Program-made: the position numbers and the translations under genes
In this document: one piece after another, positions 19,490 through 28,825 of the stretch
Numbering within the stretch: the first letter of the stretch is position 1
Layout: each line of letters starts with the position of its first letter
Assembly: GCA_040756235.1 (NCBI GenBank)
Contig: JBFLZG010000122.1
Span: 1-64,000 of the forward strand
DNA: 64,000 nucleotides
Source: a bacterium
GTDB lineage: Bacteria > Desulfobacterota > DSWW01
Reading direction: 5' to 3'
The notes under the pieces: generated by a model
Told to the model about the DNA's origin: nothing
Databases searched by the model: none
The model's input: the letters and a program-made list of their open reading frames with translations, nothing else

Positions 19490-20504
19490 TCAAGGGGGCG
19501 TGGCGGATCCAGTCCCCTCCCGCGACTTTCAAGCGATAGGCCGTGCGGCCGTCGATGCCTACGGTCCTGTCCGGAAGCTCGCGGAGCCGGCCGATGGCGG
19601 CCAGGCAGCAGAGGCTGGAATTGCAGATCAGGTGTTCCGTCGCGCCGCCGCGGGCATCGTCCGTCTGTTCCGCGATCTCGCTCACGACCGCCCTGCGCGA
19701 GGCCCGTACGGTCCGGATCCGCTCCCTGCGGCAGCGCACGACCGGTCCGGCCTCGAAGATATCCACGAGGTCCGTGACCGCAAACCCCTCGTCCTGGAGC
19801 AGCTTGAGCGCCGGCCGGGTCTGCTCGTGCACCTTGCCGACGACCGCCTGGGCTTCCTCGGGGAGCAGGTTGACGTAGATCGGGTGCCGGGGCATGAGAT
19901 CGGCGATGAAGGTCTTGTTCTTCATGCTGAGGTAATCCGCTTTGGGATAGTCGATGTCGAAGAAGTGCCGGCCCAGGGCTTCCCAGAAAGGGGAGCGCCC
20001 CTTCTCGTCGACCACGCCCCTCATCTCGGCGATCACCGTTTCCTCGAAATGGGCAGGGTGCTCGGCCATGAAAAGAAAGCGGCCGAGGGAAAGGAGACGG
20101 CCGACTCCCCGGCGCTGGTGCTCCGGGTGCAGGAACAGGCTGCAGATCTCGGTGGGACCGTTGTGCTCCTGGAAGAGGTGGAGCACCAGGATCTCCTTGT
20201 GCACGCCCAGTTCCGGCGAGCACTGGATCGATGTTTCCAGGCGGTACGCGTAAAAGGGATCGAACCCGCCGACCTTGGAGAGGATGCCGCTCGTACCGAC
20301 GACCTGGCCGGTGGCCGCGTCCTCGAGTACGAACAGGTAGTTTTCCCCCTGCGGTTTGGAGCGGATGGAGGCGAACGCCCGCAGGGAGTCCCGGATCTTC
20401 TCCTGCAGGTATTCCCGATCGGCCGGCAGACTGCTCAGACCGAACCCGGCCAGGTGCGCGAGGGCCTCCAGGGCAGCGAGGTCGTCCTCTCGGACCGGCC
20501 GCAT
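19476..20504 (-). CDS. astA: Arginine N-succinyltransferase
   Basis: Start chosen at M14 (MRPVREDDLAALEALA...), matching the AstA N-terminus (M.IRPVE..DL..L..LA). ~342 aa, acyl-CoA N-acyltransferase fold. Confidence 0.75.
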   Translation of the reverse strand: MRPVREDDLAALEALAHLAGFGLSSLPADREYLQEKIRDSLRAFASIRSKPQGENYLFVLEDAATGQVVGTSGILSKVGGFDPFYAYRLETSIQCSPELGVHKEILVLHLFQEHNGPTEICSLFLHPEHQRRGVGRLLSLGRFLFMAEHPAHFEETVIAEMRGVVDEKGRSPFWEALGRHFFDIDYPKADYLSMKNKTFIADLMPRHPIYVNLLPEEAQAVVGKVHEQTRPALKLLQDEGFAVTDLVDIFEAGPVVRCRRERIRTVRASRRAVVSEIAEQTDDARGGATEHLICNSSLCCLAAIGRLRELPDRTVGIDGRTAYRLKVAGGDWIRHAPLRGCR

Positions 20505-20529
20505 GACGTACGAGCCCGGCGTTCCCCGA

Positions 20530-21978
20530 TCAGGCTTCTGCATGAGGTTCCTCTGCGGCGGCTTCGTTGTTCCCGGCGACTGTCACGAGCGTGCTCTCCA
20601 GTATTCCGAGGACGGCCCTCACGTCGTCCGGGTCCATGCATCCGAAGGGCGGCAGAAAGCGCACCCGCCCTGCAGGTGCGCCCGCCGAGTAAGCGATGAC
20701 GCCCGCCTGATAGAGCTTCTGCAAAAACGCCTTCACCCTGCCGGCATCTCCTCCGAGCGGCGTGCAGGCGATCATGGCCCCGGTTCCGTAGGGACCGGTC
20801 AGCAGGTCCGGATGGCGCCTCTCGATCGCCCGGAGCCCTTCGGCGAACAGAGCGCCCAGGCGCGCGACCTTGCCGTCCGGGCCGTAGTAACCGCCTTCGG
20901 TGAGCTCGGCCAGGATGGCGATGGCCGCATGGAAGGCCGCCGTGCTCGAGGTGAAGGTCTGGCTGAGCAAGCCCGGCCCGGGATTGAGCTCCGCCCGGAA
21001 CAGGGTGGCGCAGACGTGGGAGAGCTTGCCCAGCGTGACGATGTCGACGTATTCGTCCAGGCCGAAATGGGAATAGGCGAAAAGCTCCGTGGTCCGGCCG
21101 AAGGTCTGGATCTCGTCGACGATGACGATCACCCCTCGCTTTTTGAGGATTTCCATGAGGGCCCGGAAGAAGACTCGGCTCCCCGGATAGAAGCCGCCTT
21201 CTCCCTGGACCAGCTCGAAGAACATGGCGGCGTGCTCGCCGGGATGCCGGGCCAAGTGGCGTGAGAGCGCGCTTGCGGCCGCCCGGGTGCCCTCGTCCGG
21301 CCGGGCCGGATCGTAGAACGGGATGCGGTCCACCCGGACCGTCTCCGGCAGCCCCTGGCGGTACTCCGGTCGGTCGGTCACCTGGGAGAGCGCCAGAGAG
21401 CGTCCCGCAAAGCTTCCGGCGAAAGCGAGGAGGCGCGAGGCCGGGTGCTTCTTCTGGAACGCGATCTTGAGCGCGTTCTCGTTGGCCATGGCGCCGCTCG
21501 TGGTGGGGAAGCCGTGACTCAGCCGGGCCCCGCGGCGGTTGGCCGCCTCCAGCAGCCGGCTCAGGAAGGCGGGGACGACCCGGCTCTGCATCAGGTTGCC
21601 CTGCACGACCGTGTCTTCGAGGGCAGCGTCGACGCAGGCGGAGAGCATCGCCGGGTGGCTGTGCCCGAGCACGTGCACCCCGATGCCGCTGATCATGTCG
21701 TACTTCACGCTCCCGTCGGCCAACTCCACCAGGGGACCCCTCCCGATCCCGCTTGCCAGGTACGGGAAAAAGAGCTCCCTGCCGCGCAGCCGGCCCAGCT
21801 CCTCGACCGCGCGCGCGTAGTCGGTCGCGCGGCCGGGGCAGGCCGGTCGAGGACCGTTCAGGAGGGAGCGGATCTCGGACCAAGCCGCCAGGAGAAGATC
21901 CTTGGCCTGCTGCACCCGGCGATCCCTCCTGAGCACGTCGGCCGCCAGCGGCTCCGGGCCGATTTCAGGCTCTCTCAT
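20530..21978 (-). CDS. astC: Class III PLP-dependent aminotransferase (succinylornithine transaminase AstC-like, divergent, 482 aa)
   Basis: DEIQTFGRTTELFAYSHFG carries the class-III DEIQTGxGRTG motif, and LGKLSH... the PLP-lysine context. It sits first in the astC-A-D-B order. It is longer than canonical AstC (~406 aa). Confidence 0.5.
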   Translation of the reverse strand: MREPEIGPEPLAADVLRRDRRVQQAKDLLLAAWSEIRSLLNGPRPACPGRATDYARAVEELGRLRGRELFFPYLASGIGRGPLVELADGSVKYDMISGIGVHVLGHSHPAMLSACVDAALEDTVVQGNLMQSRVVPAFLSRLLEAANRRGARLSHGFPTTSGAMANENALKIAFQKKHPASRLLAFAGSFAGRSLALSQVTDRPEYRQGLPETVRVDRIPFYDPARPDEGTRAAASALSRHLARHPGEHAAMFFELVQGEGGFYPGSRVFFRALMEILKKRGVIVIVDEIQTFGRTTELFAYSHFGLDEYVDIVTLGKLSHVCATLFRAELNPGPGLLSQTFTSSTAAFHAAIAILAELTEGGYYGPDGKVARLGALFAEGLRAIERRHPDLLTGPYGTGAMIACTPLGGDAGRVKAFLQKLYQAGVIAYSAGAPAGRVRFLPPFGCMDPDDVRAVLGILESTLVTVAGNNEAAAEEPHAEA

Positions 21979-23239
21979 GTTTCCCTCCCGCCCCGTCCTC
22001 CTGTTCGGCGCGGTCGTCCGAGACCGCCCCATGCAGGTCGCCGCTGGCAAGCCGCATGAGCAGGAGCGCCGTCAGGCGGATGCGCTCCACCAGGCTTTCC
22101 AGATCCGCGTATTCGTCCGGCGTGTGAATGCCGCCGCCGCGCACGCCGAGGCTGTCGACCGTGGCGAGCCCTTCAGCGGCCAGCAGGTTGCCGTCGCTCG
22201 CTCCCCGTGAAGAGCGCCAGCGGATCGGCTGGCCCAGGGCCTGCGCGCAATCCTCCACCCACGCCATCAGGCGCCTGGAGCCCCGGTCGAGCTGTCGCGG
22301 AGGCCTTTGGAACCTGCCTTCCAGAACGGCCGAGAAGCCTTCCCGCCCGTTCACGGATGCAACGATCGAGGCGAGCGCCGACTCCACCCGGCCCTGGGCT
22401 TCCGGGCTGGTCACACGGACATTGAAGAAGGCTGCCCCGCGATCCGGCACGACGTTGACCGGCCCGCCGCCTTCCACCCGTCCCACGTTGATCAGAATCC
22501 CCGCATCCGGGTCCTGGAGCCGGCTCACCTCGAGCATGGACCCGGCCAGAGCGACCAGGGCGTTGCGTCCCTTTTCGGGCTCCCGGCCCGCGTGAGCGGC
22601 CCTCCCCCGGACGCGCAGCACGAAGTTCCCGGAGCCCGCGCGCTCGTGCACCAGGCAGCCGTCCTGGAAGCAGGGCTCGAACAGGAGCCCGAGATCGTGC
22701 GAGGCGGCCAGGGCCCGGATGGGCGCGCCCGAGCCCGGCGAGCCGATCTCCTCGTCCGGGTTGACGAATACGGTCCAGGCCAGGCCGTTGCGGAACGGGC
22801 TCTGCTCGAGCCTCTCGAGCGCCTTGAGCAGGATCAGGAGTCCGCCCTTGGCGTCCGCGACCCCGGGCCCGACGACGCGGTCCGAGCCGCTCCTCCTGGA
22901 CTTTCGGAACGGATGGCCGGGCGGGAACACGGTGTCCATGTGGATTCCGAGCAGCGCCCGGACGCGCGGCCGCGGCCTGGCCTTGCGCACGAGCAGCATG
23001 GGGCCGAGCGGGCCGTCCCCGCGGGGGGCCGTCGGGTCCGCCCCCGGGGCCGGCCGGAGCGGGATCTTCCGCACCTTTGCGCCGAGCCCGGAGAAGTCGG
23101 TCTCGAGCAGGCCCGCCATCCGCTCCAACCCCTCCCTGTTGTAACTGTAGGAGTTGACGTCGGACCAGAGCATCAGGGTCCTGCGGAGCCCGTTCCGCTC
23201 CTTCTCGATCCCTTTGAGCCAGGCAGCATATCGGTCCAT
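21965..23239 (-). CDS. M20 family metallohydrolase (ArgE/DapE/CPG2-like). Candidate desuccinylase replacing astE
   Basis: Start at M63 of ORF 21965..23425 (MDRYAAWLKGIEKER). HMDTVFPPG (metal-binding His-x-Asp), GVADAKGG (catalytic Asp) and NPDEEIGSPGS (Glu-Glu) are M20 signatures. It overlaps the astC-like start by 14 nt. Confidence 0.65.
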   Translation of the reverse strand: MDRYAAWLKGIEKERNGLRRTLMLWSDVNSYSYNREGLERMAGLLETDFSGLGAKVRKIPLRPAPGADPTAPRGDGPLGPMLLVRKARPRPRVRALLGIHMDTVFPPGHPFRKSRRSGSDRVVGPGVADAKGGLLILLKALERLEQSPFRNGLAWTVFVNPDEEIGSPGSGAPIRALAASHDLGLLFEPCFQDGCLVHERAGSGNFVLRVRGRAAHAGREPEKGRNALVALAGSMLEVSRLQDPDAGILINVGRVEGGGPVNVVPDRGAAFFNVRVTSPEAQGRVESALASIVASVNGREGFSAVLEGRFQRPPRQLDRGSRRLMAWVEDCAQALGQPIRWRSSRGASDGNLLAAEGLATVDSLGVRGGGIHTPDEYADLESLVERIRLTALLLMRLASGDLHGAVSDDRAEQEDGAGGKHERA

Positions 23240-23475
23240 GGGAAGCGCTCGTCCGCTGGAACTTTCGGCCCATCTTTTGGATTCCGGAGGCCGTCTTTTC
23301 GGTGCCAGGAGACGGTATTGGAGATTGCCATGGCAAATCGGCTTCTTCTGGAGCCAGGTCAAGGTGCCGCTGAAAATCTCGGGCATTCCGGGGGAACATC
23401 TAAGAGGCAGAGAAATGAACACCAACAGGCAGGGAAATGAGCACGGGAACCGGTCGAGAACAGCAGGAGAGAACC

Positions 23476-23814
23476 ATGGCGGACATAGCCAAGATGTTCG
23501 AAGGGGTCAACGTGGCGATCGTGGCGGCCGATGCCGACTTCAAGGTCGTCTACGAGAACGAGAAGTGCAGGAAGCTGTTCCAGGAGGTCTTCGGCAGGGA
23601 AGACTACGTGGGCAGCAACCTGAGCGAATGCCACAAGCCGGAGACAACGGAGAAGATGAAGGCCCACTACCAGGATTTCAAGGAGAGGAAGAAAGGCCTC
23701 TACTTCTTCACCATGGACCTTCCGAACCGCAAGGGGATCCTGGTGAATGTCCCCTACTACGAGGGCGGCCGGTTCGCCGGCGTGGTCGAGCTCGTGTTCG
23801 AGATCCCCGGCTGA
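23476..23814 (+). CDS. Small PAS-like protein (112 aa, hypothetical sensor module)
   Basis: ATG 23476 is preceded by GGAGAG. MADIAKMFEGVNVAIVAADADFKVVYENEKCRKLFQEVFGREDYVGSNLSECHKPET...RFAGVVELVFEI shows a PAS-like alpha/beta pattern with a CHK motif. No output domain. Confidence 0.4.
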   Translation: MADIAKMFEGVNVAIVAADADFKVVYENEKCRKLFQEVFGREDYVGSNLSECHKPETTEKMKAHYQDFKERKKGLYFFTMDLPNRKGILVNVPYYEGGRFAGVVELVFEIPG

Positions 23815-24144
23815 ACGGCTCTCTCTGAGTCTTGCGGGGGTGGTGCGGCGGGCCGGTCGCAATTGCCGGCGACCGCCCCCGCCAAAGTCCGTCGCCTCCA
23901 AGGAAGGGCAGCTCGGCGGCCAGCTTCGGATCGCCGCCGGAGCCCCCCCGGCCGCAAGGTTCTCGCCAGACGCCGGGCGAGTCCCTGGAGACGCTCGTCC
24001 CTGCTGGTTTTTGCCCCTTTGGCGGCAGATTCTTGTCTTTTCGAGTGATATACTGCTTCGGAGAAATGGCGTGAACATTAAGAATTTCTGTCTGCAGCGT
24101 CACCGCGGCCTATCCATCGAATCAGGCCGGATTAGAGGATAACC

Positions 24145-25200
24145 ATGAACGACTTTTTCTTTCAGCTTACGCCAGACGTTGTGCTGAAGGCACTTGAAAT
24201 GAGCGGGTTCGAACCGACGGGACACTGCATGGCCTTGAACAGTTACGAGAACAGGGTGTACGACCTCCGGTTGAGGGGGGGCTCCCATGTGGTCTCGAAA
24301 TTCTACCGTCCAGGGAGGTGGAGCAGGGAGCAGATCATGGAGGAGCACGAATTCCTCCTCGAGCTCCAGGCGGATGAAGTACCCGTATGTGCGCCGCTCA
24401 GGTTTTCCGACGGGGAAACCATTCACGAGATTGAAGGAATCTATTACGCGGTCTGGAACCGCACGGGGGGGAGGATCCCCGATGAGCTAACCGAAAATGT
24501 CGTCCAGATGCTGGGCAGGCTCCTCGCGAGGATCCACAACGTGGGAGCGGTGAAAAGAACCACTCACAGGATTTCCCTGACCGGCGAGCAGTACGGGCTG
24601 AAGCCCCTCGCGTTTCTCGTCGAGCGGGATTTCCTGCCTTCTCATTGCACGGAAAGATATGCGCGCGCCGTAAGGGAGATTGTCGAGATTTACGAGACCC
24701 TGCGAAACGACATTCCCTTCCACCGTATCCACGGGGACTGCCACCTGGGGAACCTCCTGAACGGCGCCGCGGGATGGTTCTTTCTTGATTTCGACGATTT
24801 CCTGAGCGGACCGGCCGTCCAGGACTTCTGGATGATTGTTCCTGAGCGTGATGACACGGGGCTCCGGCAGAGACGGCTTTTCCTGGATGCGTACCGGGTC
24901 TTCAGGGACTTTGATGATGCATGGCTCCGACTGATTGAGCCCCTCAGGTCGCTGCGCTATATCCATTACGCGGCATGGATAGCGAAGAGGTGGGACGACC
25001 CCGCATTCCCCGCGGCATTCCCCCATTTCGGGACGGTCCAATACTGGGAGGAGCAGACCGCCGACCTGGAAGACCAGCTCGAATATATTCATGCCAGGAA
25101 AGGTGACCTCCCGCAACACCTGAGGCGTGCCGAGACGCCCCAAGAGGATACGAAGGAGCTCACCAACAAGGATTACTTCTGGGACTACGAGGACAGGTGA
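24145..25200 (+). CDS. srkA: Stress response kinase A (SrkA/RdoA/YihE-type Ser/Thr kinase)
   Basis: FQLTPDVVLKALEMSGFEPTGHCMALNSYENRVYDL matches the YihE N-terminus. The catalytic motif is IHGDCHLGNLL and the DFDD metal site is present. Visibly lower GC than its neighbours. Confidence 0.75.
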   Translation: MNDFFFQLTPDVVLKALEMSGFEPTGHCMALNSYENRVYDLRLRGGSHVVSKFYRPGRWSREQIMEEHEFLLELQADEVPVCAPLRFSDGETIHEIEGIYYAVWNRTGGRIPDELTENVVQMLGRLLARIHNVGAVKRTTHRISLTGEQYGLKPLAFLVERDFLPSHCTERYARAVREIVEIYETLRNDIPFHRIHGDCHLGNLLNGAAGWFFLDFDDFLSGPAVQDFWMIVPERDDTGLRQRRLFLDAYRVFRDFDDAWLRLIEPLRSLRYIHYAAWIAKRWDDPAFPAAFPHFGTVQYWEEQTADLEDQLEYIHARKGDLPQHLRRAETPQEDTKELTNKDYFWDYEDR

Positions 25201-25256
25201 GCTTCAGTGCCGCTCGGGGGGCGCAACGCCGCAGATGGCCGTTTATCGACAGCCTC

Positions 25257-25688
25257 CTATCTCCAGCCGATCGGCTGATAGCCTTTGTCCCGGAGGCACT
25301 GGTCGACATAGCCTTGCTCTACCGGATCCGGCTCCCGGGACCTGAACAGCCCGTGCAGAAGTCCGCTCGTCCCGCCGGCACCCGCGCCCACGGCTGCGCC
25401 TCGGCCGGCGTGGCCCGTGATGGCGCCCGCCACGGCGCCCACCGCCGCACCGGCCCCGGCCCCCAAAGCCGTCTGGCCGGCGACCTTCCCGGCGGCGCCG
25501 GACTTCAGCCCGGCCTCGGATGCGAGCTGCCTGCACGCCTCGATGTCCTGCTTCGCCTGTGCCTCGCCGACCTCCTGCAGCTTCGCATTGGGGTAGAGGA
25601 CCGGGCGCTTGGCTCCGCAGCCGGCGGCCAGGGCGAGCATGGCGACACATGCGGTCACGATGTAACCGGAGTTCCTCTTCATCAGCAT
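25257..25688 (-). CDS. Glycine-zipper lipoprotein (YMGG-like / Gly-zipper_Omp family)
   Basis: Lipobox LALAAGC, then a GAGAGAAVGAVAGAITGHAGRGAAVGAGAGG glycine zipper. Confidence 0.6.
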   Translation of the reverse strand: MLMKRNSGYIVTACVAMLALAAGCGAKRPVLYPNAKLQEVGEAQAKQDIEACRQLASEAGLKSGAAGKVAGQTALGAGAGAAVGAVAGAITGHAGRGAAVGAGAGGTSGLLHGLFRSREPDPVEQGYVDQCLRDKGYQPIGWR

Positions 25689-25758
25689 CTGTATGCCTCC
25701 GTGGCAGTCCGTGCGACCTGTAAGTAAGAAAGCGTCGTCCTGCGCGCGGCCGGAATCG

Positions 25759-26262
25759 TCAGAAGCCGGCCCCCACGCCGATCCCGATCGAGACCCCGCC
25801 GGGCCATCTGCCGTTCGACTCCACCAGATGGATCTCCCTCGGCGCGATCAGGGGCAAGGTGTATTCGCGCTGGTCGATGACCGCCTTCGTCGTGCCCAGC
25901 ACGCGGCCGGCTACCGTCACCTCTCTTCCCGGCTTGTAGATCGCGGTTTCCAGGTAGCCGGGGTATTCCACCAGGAACCTTCCGAAGGTCGTGTCCGTTT
26001 CCTTGGGCCGGTCTCTGGAGTCGAGGGGTTTGGAGAGAACTTCGATGAAGGTCGCTTCCCGGGTATTGCGGCCGCTCAGGATTTCGCCCCCCAGGATCAC
26101 GAGCCGGCCTTGGTAAGCGTCCGGAGTCTGGAACAGGGCCTCCGGTGCCACGGCCGGCTCCGCTTCTTTACGGAATTCGCGGCTCACGACGGAACCGCAT
26201 GCGCCGAGAGCGCACGCCAGAACGACGGCAAGACCGGCATTCAACAGAGCTTTGCAGCGCAC
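25759..26262 (-). CDS. slp: Slp/YeaY family outer-membrane lipoprotein
   Basis: Lipobox LACALGAC; QGRLVILGGEIL...ATFIEVL...GRFLV matches the Slp family. Confidence 0.6.
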   Translation of the reverse strand: MRCKALLNAGLAVVLACALGACGSVVSREFRKEAEPAVAPEALFQTPDAYQGRLVILGGEILSGRNTREATFIEVLSKPLDSRDRPKETDTTFGRFLVEYPGYLETAIYKPGREVTVAGRVLGTTKAVIDQREYTLPLIAPREIHLVESNGRWPGGVSIGIGVGAGF

Positions 26263-26364
26263 TGCGATTCCTTCCGCTGGCCCGGTGGAGGAAACGGCTA
26301 TCCATCTGTTTGGATGCGCGACCGCCCGGACCGGGGTTGCGCGCCGGCAGCCTGCAGCCGGACC

Positions 26365-28509
26365 TCAGTCGCAGGCAGCCTCCGGCGTGCCGGCCGGCTC
26401 GAGCAGGATCGGCATGCCGGTGTCGAGGAGCGTCCTCAAGAAGCAGCCGTACTGGTACTTGAGCCCGTCGAGCTGGAAGTTGATGTTGTGGCCGTCCAGG
26501 ATGCCGTCTTCGAACTCCTCCACGACCACGGCCGTCACCCGGCCGCCGTCGCCGGAAGCGAGATTCCCGGAGACCGGGTAGTCGGCCACGTCGAGGCCCA
26601 GGTAGTCCATGGTCTCCAGCGTGGATTCGGAACAGGGCCGCTCGATCCCGCAGCGCGGAGATGCGTACTCCCGCTCCAGCGCGATCTGATCAAAGGTGTC
26701 CACCGCGAAAGGCCGGCCCGAGAGCTGAAGCCCTGCGGAGGCGATGAACGCGTTCTGCGAGGGCGGCGGGAAGAAGGAGTCGAAAAAGCCCTGGCTCATG
26801 TACACGTGCTTCGCGCTTCTGCCCGGCAGGGGATCCCGGAAGAAGTGCTTGGCAAAGTTGACCGGGTCCGCCGGTCCCCAGGCCAGGGTGATGAGATTGA
26901 GGAAAGGATGGAAGAGATCGAGCTCCTGGTCCTCGGGGGTCCCCAGCAGGAGCCGAAGGATTTCGGGAAACGGGATCTCCCGCATCTCGAGCCCGATCGT
27001 GCCGAAATGGGCCGCGGTGCCGGACGGGATGAGGGCGACCAGGTTTTCCTCCAGGGCGCCCCATTGATCGAGCACCAGGCTGCCCAGAGACTGGCCCATG
27101 CTGAAGAGGTGTGCGGCATCGAAGCCGATCCTCCCGTCCGCTGACAGAGCAGCGTCCGTTTCCGGGCAGAGCGAGGGATCGATCCTCAGCTGCCGGAGCA
27201 TCCTGAGGAACAGCGCCTGCTCCGCCATGCCCTGCCGCAGGTTGTCGGGCAACGCGGCCGCCTGCAGCACGTTGTAGAAAGTCATTCCCCCGGGCACTCC
27301 CCCTCTCTGCGGATGGACCGGCAGGGCGCATCCGGCGGTCGCGATGGCGCGCGCCGCAAAGGTGAGGGCCGGGCCGGTGCCTTCCGGGGCCGGCACGTTC
27401 GGGTCCGGTTGCCTGCCGCGATCGGTCAACTGCGTCGAGACTCCGCCGGTGCCGTGGATGTAGATCACCAGGGGCCAACCGGCCGCAGGCATCGGCCCCT
27501 TGGGGATCGCCAGCGCAAACGGGATCTCCTCGTCGCGCTGCCTCACCGGATAGCCCTCCGCATCCAGGACGATCTCGCCGCCTTCCAGCAGGTACGGAGG
27601 CGTGCCCCTCTGGAACTGGGGCGCGGAGAAGGCGCCCTCGAGCAGGTAATAGGCTTCGTATTCGCGCGTGCGGACGAGGGGCGCGGCCGGCGCCGGAGGC
27701 GGCAGGGAAGCCGCGTAGTCGTAGATGCGCTCGGTCTCGCCGACCGGGTCGCCGGTCGTGAAAGCGTTCGCGGCAGCGACCGCCGAAGGCGGAATCCCCC
27801 GATCCTCCAGATAGGCGACAAGGGCTGCATAGGCCTGCCTGGCACGCTCGCCCGCAGGCCCTCCTCCCGGGCTCGACCCATGGAGAAGCTGCTGCAGGGC
27901 AAGAGGGCTTCCGAGCGGCTCGCCGGCCGCGTCCCCCAGGGCGCGCAGGACGACGGCGGCATAGCGCGTATTCGGGCTGAGGACGAAGCCCGGCAGGGGA
28001 GCCAGCGCCAGCACGTTGTCGGGGTGAGCGGCGTCCGCCCCGGTATAGAAGCGCATGACCAGCGGGAATCGCCTGCCGTATTCCGCTGAGGAGGGGTCCA
28101 CGTCCGCCAGAAAGACCGGGGACTCTTCCGCGAGGGTCTCCGGGGTCGACGGGAAGTCGGACGCGTTCAGGCCGGCTTCGAACCGGAAGTAGCTGACCGT
28201 GGAGAGGCCGAACCCGTCGTGCTCGGCCGCCAGCCGCACGTAGCGGTCGAGCAGGGCGATGAATAGCCCGCTCCCTCCGTGAGGGTAGCGCGAGAGGTCG
28301 AGGCCTCCCTCGTCTTTCCGGAGAAGGTCCGTGGGGAAGGGGAAGTCGTAGAAGCCGCCTTCTTGAGAGAGATCGAAGAGCACGCGGGTCCCCGGGATCT
28401 CCTCGGCGACCTCGCCCTGGGAGCGGGAGGCCCCGTCGTCGTCGCTGTCCCCGCAGGCGAAAAAGGCCAAAGAGGACGCCAGGAACCAGAAAAAAGCCGC
28501 GAACCTCAT
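26365..28509 (-). CDS. Exported lipoprotein, alpha/beta-hydrolase-like (GxSxG), ~714 aa
   Basis: Start taken at M15 (MRFAAFFWFLASSLAFFACGDSDDD, lipobox FFAC). YIHGTGG (oxyanion-type HGGG) and FSMGQSLG (GxSxG nucleophile elbow) are present. Confidence 0.5.
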   Translation of the reverse strand: MRFAAFFWFLASSLAFFACGDSDDDGASRSQGEVAEEIPGTRVLFDLSQEGGFYDFPFPTDLLRKDEGGLDLSRYPHGGSGLFIALLDRYVRLAAEHDGFGLSTVSYFRFEAGLNASDFPSTPETLAEESPVFLADVDPSSAEYGRRFPLVMRFYTGADAAHPDNVLALAPLPGFVLSPNTRYAAVVLRALGDAAGEPLGSPLALQQLLHGSSPGGGPAGERARQAYAALVAYLEDRGIPPSAVAAANAFTTGDPVGETERIYDYAASLPPPAPAAPLVRTREYEAYYLLEGAFSAPQFQRGTPPYLLEGGEIVLDAEGYPVRQRDEEIPFALAIPKGPMPAAGWPLVIYIHGTGGVSTQLTDRGRQPDPNVPAPEGTGPALTFAARAIATAGCALPVHPQRGGVPGGMTFYNVLQAAALPDNLRQGMAEQALFLRMLRQLRIDPSLCPETDAALSADGRIGFDAAHLFSMGQSLGSLVLDQWGALEENLVALIPSGTAAHFGTIGLEMREIPFPEILRLLLGTPEDQELDLFHPFLNLITLAWGPADPVNFAKHFFRDPLPGRSAKHVYMSQGFFDSFFPPPSQNAFIASAGLQLSGRPFAVDTFDQIALEREYASPRCGIERPCSESTLETMDYLGLDVADYPVSGNLASGDGGRVTAVVVEEFEDGILDGHNINFQLDGLKYQYGCFLRTLLDTGMPILLEPAGTPEAACD

Positions 28510-28680
28510 CGCTCTGTTCGGCATGCCCCAGCCCTCCTTCGAGCCATTCATGAACGGTCCCTGATGCGGAATGTAGCACAGCCGCGGGCCGTCGCAAAAC
28601 GGATTTATTCACATGGGCGCGCCAGCTGCAGGTGGGGCTTTTATCGGCAGCCTCTCGATCGAAAGGGTGTCGAAAAATGA

Positions 28681-28800
28681 CTCCCTCTCCCCGGACCCGG
28701 GGGAGAGGGTCGGGGTGAGGGGGGAACCAGAAGCAGATCCACCCCTCATCCTGACCTTCTCCCCTCGGCGAGGGGAGAAGGTATAAGAGGGCCAGGGCCG
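28681..28800. repeat. Palindromic repeat family B copy
   Basis: ctccctctccccggacccgggggagagggtcggggtgagggg...acccctcatcctgaccttctcccctcggcgaggggagaagg. Nested inverted repeats related to 16405-16510. Confidence 0.6.
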
Positions 28801-28825
28801 GCCTGGTCGGCGGAGATGAAGGACT

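Noticed and set aside
19026-20699. 557-aa plus ORF antisense to astD and astA, and 488-aa ORF 5964..7139 antisense to the permease
   Set aside because: Antisense shadows. The AST enzymes and the permease have strong family signatures on the opposite strand.
25693-28612. 483-aa plus ORF and 640-aa minus ORF overlapping the Slp and hydrolase genes
   Set aside because: Low-complexity Arg/Gly/Pro translations. The lipoprotein and GxSxG-hydrolase frames are the credible ones.
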